A stretch of DNA of 64,000 nucleotides from Antedon mediterranea (taxonomy: Eukaryota > Animalia > Echinodermata). A program made the position numbers and the translations under genes. Every line of letters starts with the position of its first letter. Within the stretch, counting starts at the first letter, position 1. Location: the NCBI RefSeq assembly GCF_964355755.1, contig NC_092678.1, positions 17,217,881 through 17,281,880 on the forward strand, read 5' to 3'. The notes beneath the pieces are model-generated. The model was given only the letters and a program-made list of their open reading frames with translations, made no database searches and was not told the origin of the DNA. Of this stretch, positions 39,008 through 52,694 are shown piece after piece.

Positions 39008-42000
39008 ATTGGTTATCCGCACTTGGCGGATAACCCCTTGTTATTGTCAGGATCTTTTTTTTTTTTTTTTCTTTTTTTTTTTTTTTCTATATTCTTCTTT
39101 CTTTCCACGAATTTTGTTGCAAGCATATCTCTAATTCTGGCTAACAAATGATTGTATAACTTTGTCATAAGATTTACCTATATCTGTAGATGTGCAAGAA
39201 ACTTTGTTTTTTAGTTATCCGCATTTAGCGGATAACTCCTTGGAACTGTCCTGTGTCTTTTTTTTTTTTTTCATTATTGGTTATCCGCAACTTAGTTGCA
39301 GGATAACCCATGTGATTGTAAATATCTTTTTTTTTCATCATCTTTGTTCTTCTTTCTTTCCCTGATTTTTGTGAGCAGCATATCCCCTATTGCTTGTGAA
39401 TATATCTTTTGTATAACTTTGTCATTATATGGACATTTACCTGAAGTTGTGCACCTCCATATTTTGAATGACGTCAGAGTTGCGCAACGTGACTTACGCG
39501 CGATTTTATGAATTTCAATGATTGATCATAGGATAAAAAATAAAAGTCATTTTGTATTGACATTTGGTGAATATTTAAGTCATATCAAAGGCAAACTTTC
39601 TATGGATTAAAAATGGCATGTTTTACAAGAAGTTACGCGCGCACGCGCATTTGAAGTTTCAAAATGCGCAAAATTAATTTCTAATCAACTTTCTACGCTG
39701 ATCATGACATTTTAAGCATGTCAAAAATTCCCGCGCGCGCGGAAAAATTGACGCGTATGGTGCGCACGGAGTACGAAAATCATGTTTTTTTCTCTTGAAT
39801 TGTCATTTTCTAGCCTTTGCTAGTCATTTTAAAAAAGATTTACATCATTTCAAATTAAAATGACGTCATACGAACACGTTGATTTAGACAATTTGCGTGC
39901 GTTTTAGTTGCAAAAGTGACAAAATATTGTCAAAATTATGCCTACTTTGAATCTATTATAGCTCCTCAGGATCAACCGTTACCCCCAATTTTTTTAATTT
40001 AATATGTAAGCAGATATGTTGTAGATATGAATTCATGCAGAATCTTTACCCCTCGGATGTTATGACGTCATCGTATGGCCACACGAATGTAAAATATTGG
40101 ATTTTTGACTGTTTCGCTATTGCTCATTACATTAAATAGAGCGCATATTGCTTATACGTATTCCATTTCCTCATATATTTTAATACTGTCTAGGTCCATC
40201 AACTATCTTTCGCATGAGTTAAAAATATTTTAATTTTTATGACGTCATCATGTCTAAAAATGTAAATAACGTCGTTCACCTATTTTCATCTTTACAGTAA
40301 GTTTCAATCTGTTATAGCTCGTCAGAATAAAAAGTGATAATCATGATTAAAACGTTTTCTGGAAGCTATTGGATTGTAGATACAAATTCATGTGAATATT
40401 TTGCCAATCAGATGTTGTGACGTCATTATATGGGCAGTTGAATTCAAAAGGTCATATTTTCATCTCTTGCGTAAAAGTTCATTGCGTTTAAACGAGAGCG
40501 CATCTCTCTTTTACGTGCCCAGAATTCCTCAAATTTGTATTAATGTAATTATTTAGATAATTATCTTCTAAAATTGTTATCTTTATATGTCAATTTGATG
40601 ACATCATCGTGTTAATAATTGGATTTAAAAGATGGTCTCGTAATTTCGTCTATACTACACTGTATATAACATATAACAGTGTATTCTATAATATGCTGTA
40701 TGCTACATGGTACAATTCAGCACTGAAAACATGTTTAATTCATGTCATAGGATGGCATAATATTTGTCGAAGTTCATATAGTTTAAAGTATGTGCATGTT
40801 GCCTTTGCGCGGATAACCCGAACTCGTCAAAGTGACGAGTTCAAATCTAGTTCTTCAGTCTTTCTCCCTCACTTTTTGTGCAGAGCGTATCTCTAAAATG
40901 GGTAAACATAACATTTCATAACTTTGTCAACATATGGGCATTTACGTGAAGTTGTGCACCTCCTATTTTTGAATGACGTCATAGTTACGCAACGTGACTT
41001 ACGCGTGATTTTATGATTTTTTTAAATTGATCATAGATTTAAAACCAAGCGTAATTTTGTTTTTACATTTTGTGAAAATTTTAGTCATATCAAGGGCAAA
41101 CTGTTTGTGCACAAAAAATGGCATGTTTTACAAGAAGTTACGCGCGCACGCGCGTTTGAAATTTTAAAATGCGAAAAATTAATTTCTAATCAACTTTCTA
41201 CGCGTTTCATGTCATTTTAAGCATGTAAAAAATTCCCACGCATGCGCAAATTTTTACGTGTGCGGTGCGCACGTAGCATTAAAAACATATATTTTTCGCG
41301 TAATTTATGTTTTTCCAGCCTTTTCTAGTAATTTTACCAACTTTTAAACAATTTCGACTTAAAGTTACGTCATACGAGCACGTCGAATTGGACAATTTGC
41401 GCACGTTTTTGATGAAAAAGTACAACAATTTGTCAAAATTATGCCTTTTTTTAAACAATCGTAATTTCTAAACTACACGGTCAACTTTTTGTGGATAACA
41501 TATTCTGGAAGTTGATGAGTTGTAGATATCGGATCATGTATTAATATGGCTAACCGGACATTTTAACGTCATCGTATGGCCACACGAATATAAAATTGAG
41601 GATTTTTGTATCTTTCGTCATAGCTCATTACATTTAATAGAGCGCATCTCCACTTATACATTTTCCATTTTCACCCCGATTTTGATATTGTCTAGGTCAA
41701 TCAACTATCTTTCGCATGAGTTAAAAATATTTTAATTGTTATGACGTCATCGTGCCTAAAAATTTAAATTACATGTGGCATTAATTTCATCTTTACAGTA
41801 AATTTTAATCTGTTATAGCTCGTAAGAATAAAATGTGATAATCACGATTAAACGTTTTCTGGAAGCGATTGGATTGTAGATACGAAATCATGTAAAAAAA
41901 TTTCCAATCGGATGTTGTGACGTCATCATATGGCCAGTTAAATAAAAAAAGTCGTATTTTAATATTTTGCGTCATAGTTCATCACATTTAAAAGGGTGCG

Positions 42001-43395
42001 CATCTATATTTTACGTATTCAAATTTCTTCTACACGTTAATATGTTGTTCCTAAGATAATTTCCTTCTGAAATTGCTATCGAAGTGTTTCATTTTGATAC
42101 CGTCGCCATGTTAAAAATTTGAATAAATGGCGGGTCCCGTAATTTCACCTATTCTACACTGTATGTAATATGTATACAGATTATACTGTTTGCATGTATA
42201 CTATATGACACAAAATTGACAGAATTCAGCACTAACAGCATATCATATTCTTCAGTTCTTGTCATAATGCCATAATCTTTATCTGTGTGTGAAATATTCC
42301 AACGTATGACGTGCACGTGGCGTTTGTCGTTGTGCGGATAACTAACTCGTCAAAGTGACGAGTTTCATGTCTAGTTTATTTTCGAGTTGCGCAGCGTAAG
42401 TTACGCGCAATTTTATGAATTTCAATGATTGATCATAGATTAAAAACAAAAAGTCATTTTCTATTGAAACTTGGTGAAAATTTAAGTTATATCATGCGCA
42501 AACTTTCTATGGATTAAAAATGGCATGTTTTACATAAAGTTACGAGCGCACGCGCGTTCAAAATTTCAAAATGCGCAAAATTCATTTCTAATCAACTTTC
42601 TACGCGTTTCATGTCATTTTGAACATTTCAAGAATTCCCACGCGTGCGCAATTTTTTTTACGCGCGCGTGCGCACGTAAGGCAAAAACATGTTTTTTTTG
42701 GCTTGATTTTTGTTTTTTCAGCCTTCTCTAGTAATTTTACCAACTTTCAAACAATTTCGACTTAAAATCACGTCATACGAGCACGTAGAATTGAACAATT
42801 TGCGCGCGTTTTTGATGAAAAAGTTCAAAAATTCGTGAAAATTATGCCTTTTTTTAAAAAGTCATAGATTCTAAACTCCGAGGTGACAATTTTTAAAATT
42901 TCAGATTCTGGAAGTAGATGAGTTGTAAATATCAAATCATGCATCAATATGGCTAACCGGACATTGTGACGTCATCGTATGACCACTCGAATATAAAATA
43001 AATGATTTTTGTCTCTTTCCTCGTAGCTCGTCACATTTAATATAGCGCATCTCCACTTATTTGTTTTCCATTTTCCCCCATTTTTTTATGTTGTCTAGCT
43101 CTATCAATTATCTTTCGGACGATTCACCATTTTCAAAATTGTGATGACGTCATCATGTTCAAAAGCGTCAATAACTTTGGTCACTTAATTTCACCTATTC
43201 TGCACTGTATGTAGTACGTGTACAGTATATAGTGTATACCGTATATACTCAGACGTGACGAAAAATAGAGAGCACACTGAAATTGTTTCAATGACTTAAT
43301 CGTTTTTCTGCGCGCAATATTTTAACGTATGACGTGCGCGTGGCCTTTGCGCTGCGGATAACCTAACTCGTCCGTAGTGACGAGTTCAAATCTAG
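39008..43395 (+). mobile_element. Three nested Helentron/HINE-like elements
   Basis: Three 5' ends with gttatccgc..ggataac (about 39008, 39210, 39274) and three 3' ends with gcggataac + aactcgtc..gacgagtt hairpin + CTAG (40850, 42374, 43395). Confidence 0.7.
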
Positions 43396-43591
43396 TTATT
43401 AATGTAGATTTATTGTTGGAAATTCTTCAGTTAATTTAAATGACCTAGGCCTAAGTGAATATTTTATTGCCAAGGAATCATTAATTAGTAATTATCTGTA
43501 TATTGCTCTTCGCAAGGTAACTAGGCAGGCTTATTACATACAGGTGGTCTAGCTATTCCCGACCCAGTAGATATTTTACTTGTTGTTGGCT

Positions 43592-43760
43592 ATATAATAT
43601 AACAGATATCGCCTTTTATATCGGCAAAATATAAGATTTGACATTCCCTCGGGAATGATATTTTGTTCGAGGGAATATATTCCCGAGGGGATGTCATTCC
43701 CGAGGGGATGTTAAATCTTATATTTAACCTCTAACCAGGCGAATATCTGTATTATATATT
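43592..43760. mobile_element. Palindromic MITE-like repeat
   Basis: Imperfect inverted arms acagatatcgcc..aatataagatttgacattccctcggga / tcccgaggggatgttaaatcttatattt..ggcgaatatctgt. Confidence 0.6.
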
Positions 43761-44371
43761 ATGTCGTTAGACACGTGTGGCCAAGGATTACCAATAGTAA
43801 AATGAATCACTGTCCTATCAGATAGGTGGTGATTCCACTAATACAGGGGCTATTTTGTGAACCAGTTCACCGGGGTAACTCCCTACTCGTCTTGAATGGT
43901 GAACTGGATTCTTTAAAGTACACACGGGTTATAACTATGTACACTGGACCTACGGTTTATAGTCCTTATCCGAGAAGACTTGTTCAACCACCAGACCTAG
44001 GAGCGAGTCGGCCTCGAACCATTGTTGATATTGTTGGCTCTTTCGCCATGGTAAACAGCTCCTCTGCATTAACCGCTCAGTTGAATATGGAATATGGGCC
44101 AATAGGTCCAACACAATTTTATTTAACTACAACATCCTTGCTACAAACAATCTCGTTGTACATGTTAATCATAGAATAATGGTTTAAACTTTTATTCGTG
44201 GTTCTTCTTCTGTTCTTCGCAATCAAGAACATGTGACGTATTTCAATTAAAACATAATGGTGACGACTTACGATCGACATTTTTCCGACGAACTGTCACA
44301 CTTCGTAGTCTTGAATAGTTAAACGTCATAATGTGTGAAAACACATCGGTACCGGCTTTGACAAAATCTTC

Positions 44372-44499
44372 AAGCTATGTCTACACTTTCAAACTTTGTA
44401 TGAAGAAAATGTGATGTGCCCATATTGATGTCATATCAGTAGCATAATTGGACACATCACATTTTGGTTGTCAAACTAGTTTGATAGTGTAGACAGAGC
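44372..44499. mobile_element. Small MITE (Harbinger-like TIR)
   Basis: TIR agctatgtctacactttcaaact / agtttgatagtgtagacagagct. Confidence 0.65.
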
Positions 44500-45006
44500 T
44501 ATATAAATAGATAATAACAAGTGACGGTGTATCAAGAAAATAAACGTATACAAGGAGAAAAAAAAATCCAAAAATGTTAGTAACCTTAAGCATACTATTC
44601 TCTCTCCTCCGAAGAAATGTATACTCAATAGTTATTTTGAATATTCTACATGTTACCTTACATAATAAACTGTACGCTCTTTCTCCTGAACTGATATCTA
44701 CCAAATACATCTAAACATTTTACTGTGAACTTTCACAAATTTGTGCTTATAACCATCTGGTTCTGTTTTATCAAAGATATGCTGCGAACATTCTAACAAA
44801 TCTCGCCCTTTCTCCAAGTATTATTCAATGTTAATTTTACTTTTACACAAAATCGATTATACGATTGTTTATTATTTAAAAAGGCAACCAGTGAACGTTA
44901 CTGGTGAGAGAACCACTAACACCGTGGCGTGTCTCGACATCCAGTCCATGGTGTTTAAAGTTAGAATACACTGCTCCAGGAAGACGCTACCTTAATCCAC
45001 GTTTTC

Positions 45007-48000
45007 TGACGTTTTCATGAGATGAAGATATATAATATTTGTTCCTCGTGCAAAATAACCTTATTACAACACTATAACACTAAAGCATAAAGTTACACTT
45101 AACTGTGCTTTAAAATAAACATAATTAAAAGCATTACACAGTATAGGCCTAATAGTTTTTTTTTTAAATCTGACAAATATAAACATGAAGAAATAAAAAA
45201 CAATGTCGTTAATATACATCAGACTTAAGAATAATGACATCAATTTTCGATAATCATAAGGACGAGTTCTCGAATAATTCTCTCATTTGTGCCCATGGAA
45301 TTGATATTTCCTAAGTTCACCTAACTACGGAGGAATAACGCATTTATATTATGACTACGTTAATCATAATGTTTAATGATGCTGTGTTATCGAATTTTCT
45401 ATGTTACTGGAGAAATCGGGATACAGTACCGATAATCAGGTGTGTTAGACCAGAATACGTTACTCCGGCTTAAAATGGAGGCCTTTCCTTTAACCACGTT
45501 CTGAAATGTGTCTGTAAGATTATGTTAGGCAAAAACAACACCTTGTATACCATAGCAGCCTGGTGTAGAGACCTATGTATTGCCTTCGCTAAATCCTTTC
45601 TTAAACTTGTTCCCACTTATACCTTCTAGAGGAATGTTATCCATAGATATAACCCTAATATACTGCTGATTGGATTCGTCATTTTATAATTGTAACACAA
45701 TGTGTCATAAGAACTGTTTGTTATACCATGGTAGTATGTGGTGCCATTAATTAAAGAATTATATGATTTGTAAATATTTTACACAAAGTGCAACACAGTG
45801 TGACGTGACGTATTGTCTGCTACAATATCTAATGATTACACATTTTTAATGATTATGTAGTTTCTCATTTAATAAAACATACCACTTATAATAACAAATT
45901 ACCGTATTAAACGTACAAATCAAAGTATAAAAACAATAAGTATATACATTACCAACGGAAATTACGATAAAAAAGTATCTATTTTATTAATTTCGAAATA
46001 CAAAGAAAAAATAACAACAAATAACAACAAAATATCTATATTGTGCCAACAGAGGCCAAAAAGGCTTATGTCCAATTAGGCGTGTCACTCTGACAGTGAA
46101 ACAATTACAAGGTATAATTGATATAATACTAATTTAATGTTGCTTTATCTCGTATTATCATTTCATGTTTTAGCTGTTTTTCATAAACTGTCTTTGCATG
46201 ATTATAACAATGTTTTATCTAGATTGACTGTAATCATGTTGTACTTTCCATATCATATGATTTCTAGATGTAGATCAATATCTACGATACAATCTACGCC
46301 GATGGTGTTACAGTAACTGAATTAAAGAGACAAAACAATGCCAAAATAGAAAAACTCAAAAAGAGCAAAAAGAAAGATATTACATTTGAACGTATTACAC
46401 ATGAAACAAAATTCCTAAAACAAAATAATTGTTTTTATGAGGCATAGAGTTAAACTGACGTTTTCATGAGAGAAAGATATATACTATTTGTTCCACGTGC
46501 ACAATAAGCTTATAAAACTATTGCAGATTATACGTGAATCGGACCGGTGACGAGTCGGTGACAAACCGAACGGATCATCCAGGAGTTCTGAAACGTCTGG
46601 CCAAGTGCGCTCTCTTTGCGCTGTATTATACGGAGGCGTGTCTATTTTTGTTTTCGTATCTAATTTTGGCTTTAAAAACATGTCAGCCCAAAGCAATCGC
46701 TACCCCTGGATCCGACCCGTCGGAATATTGTTGATATCAAATGATGGAGGTTCAGACGTTCTGTGGTACATTTAAATTGTATTATTTGTATGTTCCCTCT
46801 TTAAACTTCATCTTAATTTCAATATAATAATATCAATAAAGTAATATTGTTTACTTAGAAGTGTGCCAGTTATTCAGCACTGAAGAAAACAAAATCAGAA
46901 AAATGTAAACACATGTTACCAGGTTTTTTTAAAACATTAATAAAGCTAAGTGTGTTAATTAATGAGATGTAAAGCACATTTTAGCATGAGGAAGTGAAAA
47001 TATGGAGGGAAAGAAAACATAAAGTGTAGAAACAGATATCACCTCACAAGCAATCTATTGCTGACCCAGTGTGAAGCCAGAAATCAAGAGTTGTTCCTGC
47101 TCCCCAATTATTGTGGTCCCTTTATTTATAAAACTTGAAAAGCAGAAAAAAGAGGAGGAGGTGTATGTTTGTTTGTTGGCAGACTATAACGCTTGTTCAG
47201 ATTTTAAGTTAAGTTTATCTTACGGACAGATAACGCTAATAATGTACGTACCACAACATTAGGTAACCGATGCGCCCCCATTATGACACGTGTGAATAAA
47301 GAACAAGTGCTATTCCACTGTACGGAAAGATAGCTACCCGATGCCTCTCATAATAATATTATTTTTCATTCAATAACATATACTAATAATGATAATAATA
47401 ATTTACTTTAAAACAAACGAAAGGTTGTAGTCAAGAGGCAGAAAACTGCAGGTGTTGTTTATTGCCTTTAGACATAAACAGGTACCACCGTACGAGAATC
47501 GGGTGTCCAACGGACGAGTACCATGTGTGTATATCGGGAACAAAGCTATTATAAAGTTTACAGATTTTACAGACTATGTCTACGACACATAATCTGTTGT
47601 ATGACAAGAATTAATGAATATGAGTCCGATAATTGTACAGAGCATCAAACAACTACATGTGGATTATTAAACATTTTGACAAACATGGCGTTTCATACGT
47701 ATGGTACGTGTACACACTGTATAGTAAACATCGAAAGGCGACAACAGAAAAAAGACAATAACAGAGACTTGGGACAAGTCTATACAGTATTAACTTACAG
47801 TTTTGAAAGTGATGAAGCAAAAGCAGAAAATGCACCTTGATCTATGGTAGTTATAGCGTTATCATATAAATACCTGCAAAAATTGAAAAAAAAAGACACA
47901 CATGATTTAAAACAATATTAATAATAATACTGTACAACAATACAATAAATAGATAACCACTACATTTGTCTGCTATATTTTACAGTACAGTTATTTGCAT

Positions 48001-49490
48001 TCAGCATTTCAGTGGGCATTTTAGACTTCGTTTGGCACTCGAAACAATGTCAAATGTAAGGCAAGCTAATTTTTGCCACGAGGAGGTGCAAATCTGAGGG
48101 AGCGGAAATATAAAGTGTACAATTCCAAACAGATATCACCTCAACTTTATTTTTAAAACTTGAAAATCAGAAAAAAAGGGGAGAAGGTAGGGTATTATTT
48201 GTGGTTGTTGCCAGATGCCTAAACTCTAGAAAATGATAAATTAAGTTTATCTTACGGACGGATAACGCTAATAATAACAATTATTAATTCATAGTTATGC
48301 TTTATAGCTTTTTGATGTTTTTTTTCGTGCACTTAGAAGAACTTATTTAAAGTGCATTTTAAGTATTGTTTTTCTTCTAGATTATTTCAGTCATCATAGT
48401 TAATGTTTGTTTTATTTGGAGGTTCAGACTTAAACACAAAGTACAAGTGTATATAGTGCACTATGCTGTGTGAAATAAAACTGAAACTGAATGTACGTAC
48501 CACCACATTAGGTAACCGATGCGCCCTCATTATGACGTTTTTTATAAAAGAAAGATACAAACCATGTGTTGCGCGTGCGCGCGAATAAAGAACAAGTGCA
48601 GCTATTCCACCGTACGGAGGGAAAGATAACCAATGCCTCTCATAATAACATTATTTTTCATTTAATAATATTTACTAATAATGATAATAACAACTCGATT
48701 TTAACTCGTCACTATGAACGAGTTAGGTTATCCGCAGCGCAAACGCCACGTGCACGTCATACTTTAGAATATTGCGCACAGAAAAACGATTATGGCATTG
48801 AAAAAATGTTGTGTGCTCTCTATTTTGTATCACGTCTAAGTATATAGAGTATACACTATATCTGTATACGTACTACAGTGCAGAATAGGTGAAAATACCG
48901 GCACCCGCTTTGTCATCCAATTTTTACCATGATGATGTCATCAAAATGAAACACGTAGATAGCAATTTTGGAAGGTAATTATCTGAGCAACAACATATCA
49001 ACGTGTTGAATAAATTTGGATACGTAGAGTACGGAAGCGCGCTCTTTTAAATGTCATGAACTATGACGCAAAATATGAAATTACAACTGTTATAATTGAA
49101 CCGGCCATATGATGACGTCACAACATCCGATTCACATAATTTGTACATAAATTCCTTATTCTGAGGAGCTATAATAAATTTAAATTTATTGGAATGATGA
49201 AAAAAGGTGACCAAAGTTATTCACGCTTTTGAACATGATGCATTCATCACAATTTTACAAATGGTAAATCATGCGAAAGATAATTGATTGACCTAGACAA
49301 TATAAAAATATAGGAGAAAATGGAATATGGATAAGTGGAGATGCGCTCTATTAAATGTGATGAGCTATGACAAAAGAGACAAAAATCCTATACTCTAGTT
49401 AGCCATATTGATACATGATCCGATATCAACAACTTATCTACTTCCAGAATATGTAAAAAAAAACTTCACCATGTAGTTTAGAAACTATTA
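45007..49490. repeat. Diverged mosaic paralog of ~2695-6430 (intron units plus HINE-like copy at 48692-49490)
   Basis: Collinear similarity, e.g. ORFs at 46534 and 47071 match those at 4620 and 5161; interrupted at ~47420-48490. Confidence 0.8.
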
Positions 49491-50101
49491 GTCCGGTGGC
49501 AGGAGGTGGGAATCACCGCCCGAAAGGGGACAAACTTTTATAGACCAGAATTTTCCGTAGATTACGAATATGGTAATCCATCAGGATAGGAAGCGTTTTC
49601 GAAATATAAGGGGTCAAAGTTCAAAATTGACCAATTACAACAATATATTATGTATATGTATTACAACAAATTTATTGAAGCACAATTTTGTCTTTTATTA
49701 CATGTTTATGATTATAAGTCTCTATTCAATCACCTTATGAAAAACAAAATCCCTTTGTGATTAAGGGTCAAATGTCAATATTGACCAATCATACGTACGT
49801 ACCTATAAAACCCAAATAAAAACTAATATTTAATAAAAATTGGATGTTTTCTCATCCTGTTAATCATACGCAATGTAAAAGAGTGAATACATCATTTCAT
49901 CAGTTGACATAAGGTCAATTTCATCAGTTGACATAAGGTCAAAGGTCAACATTTTAATACGCGTATTAGTTAACAAATAAATGCAAAGTTGTCCAAACTA
50001 TGATATTGATGGTTTTACAAGTATCCTAATCAAATTATTTGATCAGTAAAGATATGTTATTCCCTCCGCCAAGGAGGTTATGTTTTCACCCCTGTATGTT
50101 T

Positions 50102-50137
<36 letters not shown>

Positions 50138-50961
50138 TCATGTACGTAAGTTACAAGGTTGACCTAGTGTTAAGCTAAACCACACTGACCTTGAATTTGT
50201 TGACTCTATAACATACTTGGGTCATGTGATTTGTAACTCTCTGAATGATGATAATGATAATATTAAGAAACAGTATCGAGCTCTGTGTATCAAAGCTAAT
50301 GCATTATTCAGGACATTCTACAAATGTTCCGTTGAAGTTAAATGTCAGTTATTTAAAATGTTTTGCGTTAATGTAGGCCAATACTGTATGACTCTATGGA
50401 GTAAATTCCGTGAAGGTACTGTAAACTAATTTAGAGTTTTCTTTAATAACGGGTTGCGTAAGCTACTGAAAATTCTTAGTTATATCATGATGTTTTTTAA
50501 CGAATAACGTTCCCTCATTCTATAATTTGATGGAACGCTATACATTATAGTTTTAAGAGCATAATTCATGACAGTTGCAATAGCCTGATTCAAACCATAG
50601 TTAACGTCCTAGCACAATCCAACCTACTGTACAGTACATCAGCGTTGGTACAAATTGGTATTTTTTAGGATATTGTAAGTTGATTTGTGGAAGTTGCTTA
50701 TTTAATTTCCTGGTTAAATTGTTTCTATTTTTGTTTTTTGTATGAATTGTAATGGATGTACTATCCGAAATAAAGAAAATGAATGAATGAATGAATAGTG
50801 TACCGTCATTTTAAAAGTGATATTATTGGCTTAATACAACGTCATGGTATTTAGAAACAGTTAAACCAACCCTTAAATGCATAATTTCACAATTAACCAG
50901 ATTTACTTACAATTGTAAAGCTTGTTGTTACAAGTAAGGAAAAATGAGAATAAACACTTAC

Positions 50962-51033
50962 AGTGTAACCAATGACGTCAAACCAACAAATTCATTTCCA
51001 GATAATGTAGTAATGTCGTTATAGCTTAAATCC
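50962..51033 (-). CDS. Intact single-LRR exon (DLSYNDITTLSGNEFVGLTSLVTL)
   Basis: attttgaag|72 bp|gtaagt, phase 2-2, LRR consensus. Confidence 0.88.
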
Positions 51034-51199
51034 CTTCAAAATAAAAACATGAATACTTGGTAAAATAACAGTTCACGAGTTGAGGTTTCCTTCTTCGGGG
51101 AAAAATTGTTACAGTTTGGTGTGTATTTCAGCGGACAAAATTGTGACCGTAAAATAATTTATCTGCATTGTACTGTTAGTGTGTATTACGTGTCAGTGA

Positions 51200-51540
51200 A
51201 AATTAAAGATGGTCGACAATGGTGCAAACATTAAAATATTAAAATTAAAATACAAAGTTTATCAATTGAGTACGTAGAACTAAAGATCCGAAGCCTAGTT
51301 GGTTGGAACTTGTTCCGCCAGAGATGGTTCCTGATCAAGTTAAAACTATCAAACACGTCACAGGAAGCGTGGACAAATGTGGAAAACGCGTCAAACGTCG
51401 AAGGAAAAAATTCAAACCTCCATCCATCTGTTATTTTTGGTAATGCGCACTCACTCAAAACAAGTGAAATGGCTGCAAATGTATTCGAATACAGGGACAG
51501 TTGCCTTATGGCGATCACTGAAACTTGGCTAATTTAATCT
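51200..51540 (+). mobile_element. Degenerate 5' fragment of a LINE endonuclease ORF (Rex1/Babar-like); copy at ~63030-63370
   Basis: Basic stretch KRVKRRRKKFKP followed by PSVIFGNAHSLK..EMAA..YRDSCLMAITETWL (APE motifs I-II). Confidence 0.6.
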
Positions 51541-52694
51541 TTTCGGATCATGGATCAAAAACTTGTTCTTGTTATCTGGAAATATTAACATTAAACAGTA
51601 CCAACGGAAATTACGATAATAAAGTATCTATTTTATTAATTTCGAAATACAAAGAAAAAATAACAACAAAATATCTATATTGTGCCAACAGAGGCCAAAA
51701 AGACTTATGTCCAATTAGGCGTGTCACTCTGACAGTGAAACAATTACAAGGTATAATTGATATAATACTAATTTAATGTTACTTTATCTCGTATTATCAT
51801 TATTTGCATGTTTTAGCTGTTTTTCATTAACTGTATTTGCATCATTATAACAATGTTTTATCTAGATTGACTGTAATCATGTTGTACTTTCCATATCATA
51901 TGATTTCTAGATGTAGATCAATATCTACGATACAATACAACCGTTAAATGACGATGATCCATGTATTCTGCTATATTTTTATTTTTCATTATGGCCGCCG
52001 ATGGTGCTACAGTAACTGAATTAAAGAGTCTTGTTCGCAAACAATACCAAAATAGAAAAACTCAAAAAGAGTATAAGAAAGATTACGTTTGGACGTATCA
52101 CACATGAAACAGACAAGTATTCCGTAGAAGTATTAATTCCTAAAATAAAATAATTGTTTTTATGAGGCATAGAGTTAAACTGACGTTTTCATGAGAAGAA
52201 AATATATAATATTTGTTCTACGTGCACAATAAGCTTATTACAACACTATTGCAGATTATACGTACGGTGAATCGATGACGAGTCGGAGACGAACCGAACG
52301 GATCATCCAGGATTTCTGAAAAATCTGGCCAAGTGCGCCCACTTTGCGCAGCATTGTACGAAGGCGTGTGTATATTTGTTTTCGTATCTAATTTTGGCTT
52401 TCAAAAATTGTAGCGCAAAGCAATCGCTACTCCTGGATCCGCCCGCCGGAATATTTTGACATAAAATGATAGAGGTTCAGACGTTCTGTGGTACATTTAA
52501 ATTGTATTATTTGTATGTTCCCTTTAAACTTCATCTTAATTTCAAATATAATAATATCAATAAAGTAATACTGTTTACTTAGAAGTGTGTCAGTTATCCA
52601 GCACTGAAGAAAACAAACTCAGAAAAAATTTAAACACATGTGACCACGTTATTTGAACATTTTAAAGCTAAGTGAGTTAATTAATGAGATGTAA

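Larger units (their letters stand above)
50135..52170. repeat. Near-identical duplicate of 61965-64000 (offset 11831): L2-like LINE 3' end, LRR exon, Rex/Babar-like fragment
   Basis: Identical ORF pairs 50217/62048, 51231/63062, 51525/63356. Confidence 0.92.

Noticed and set aside
43830-44040. Possible SINE on the minus strand
   Set aside because: Resembles a SINE body with a degenerate B box, but no clear A box or TSD; not annotated
44570-45000. Segment paralogous to 56510-56910 with faint LRR-like words on the minus strand
   Set aside because: No intact splice-bounded open frame; reliable only as an older duplication
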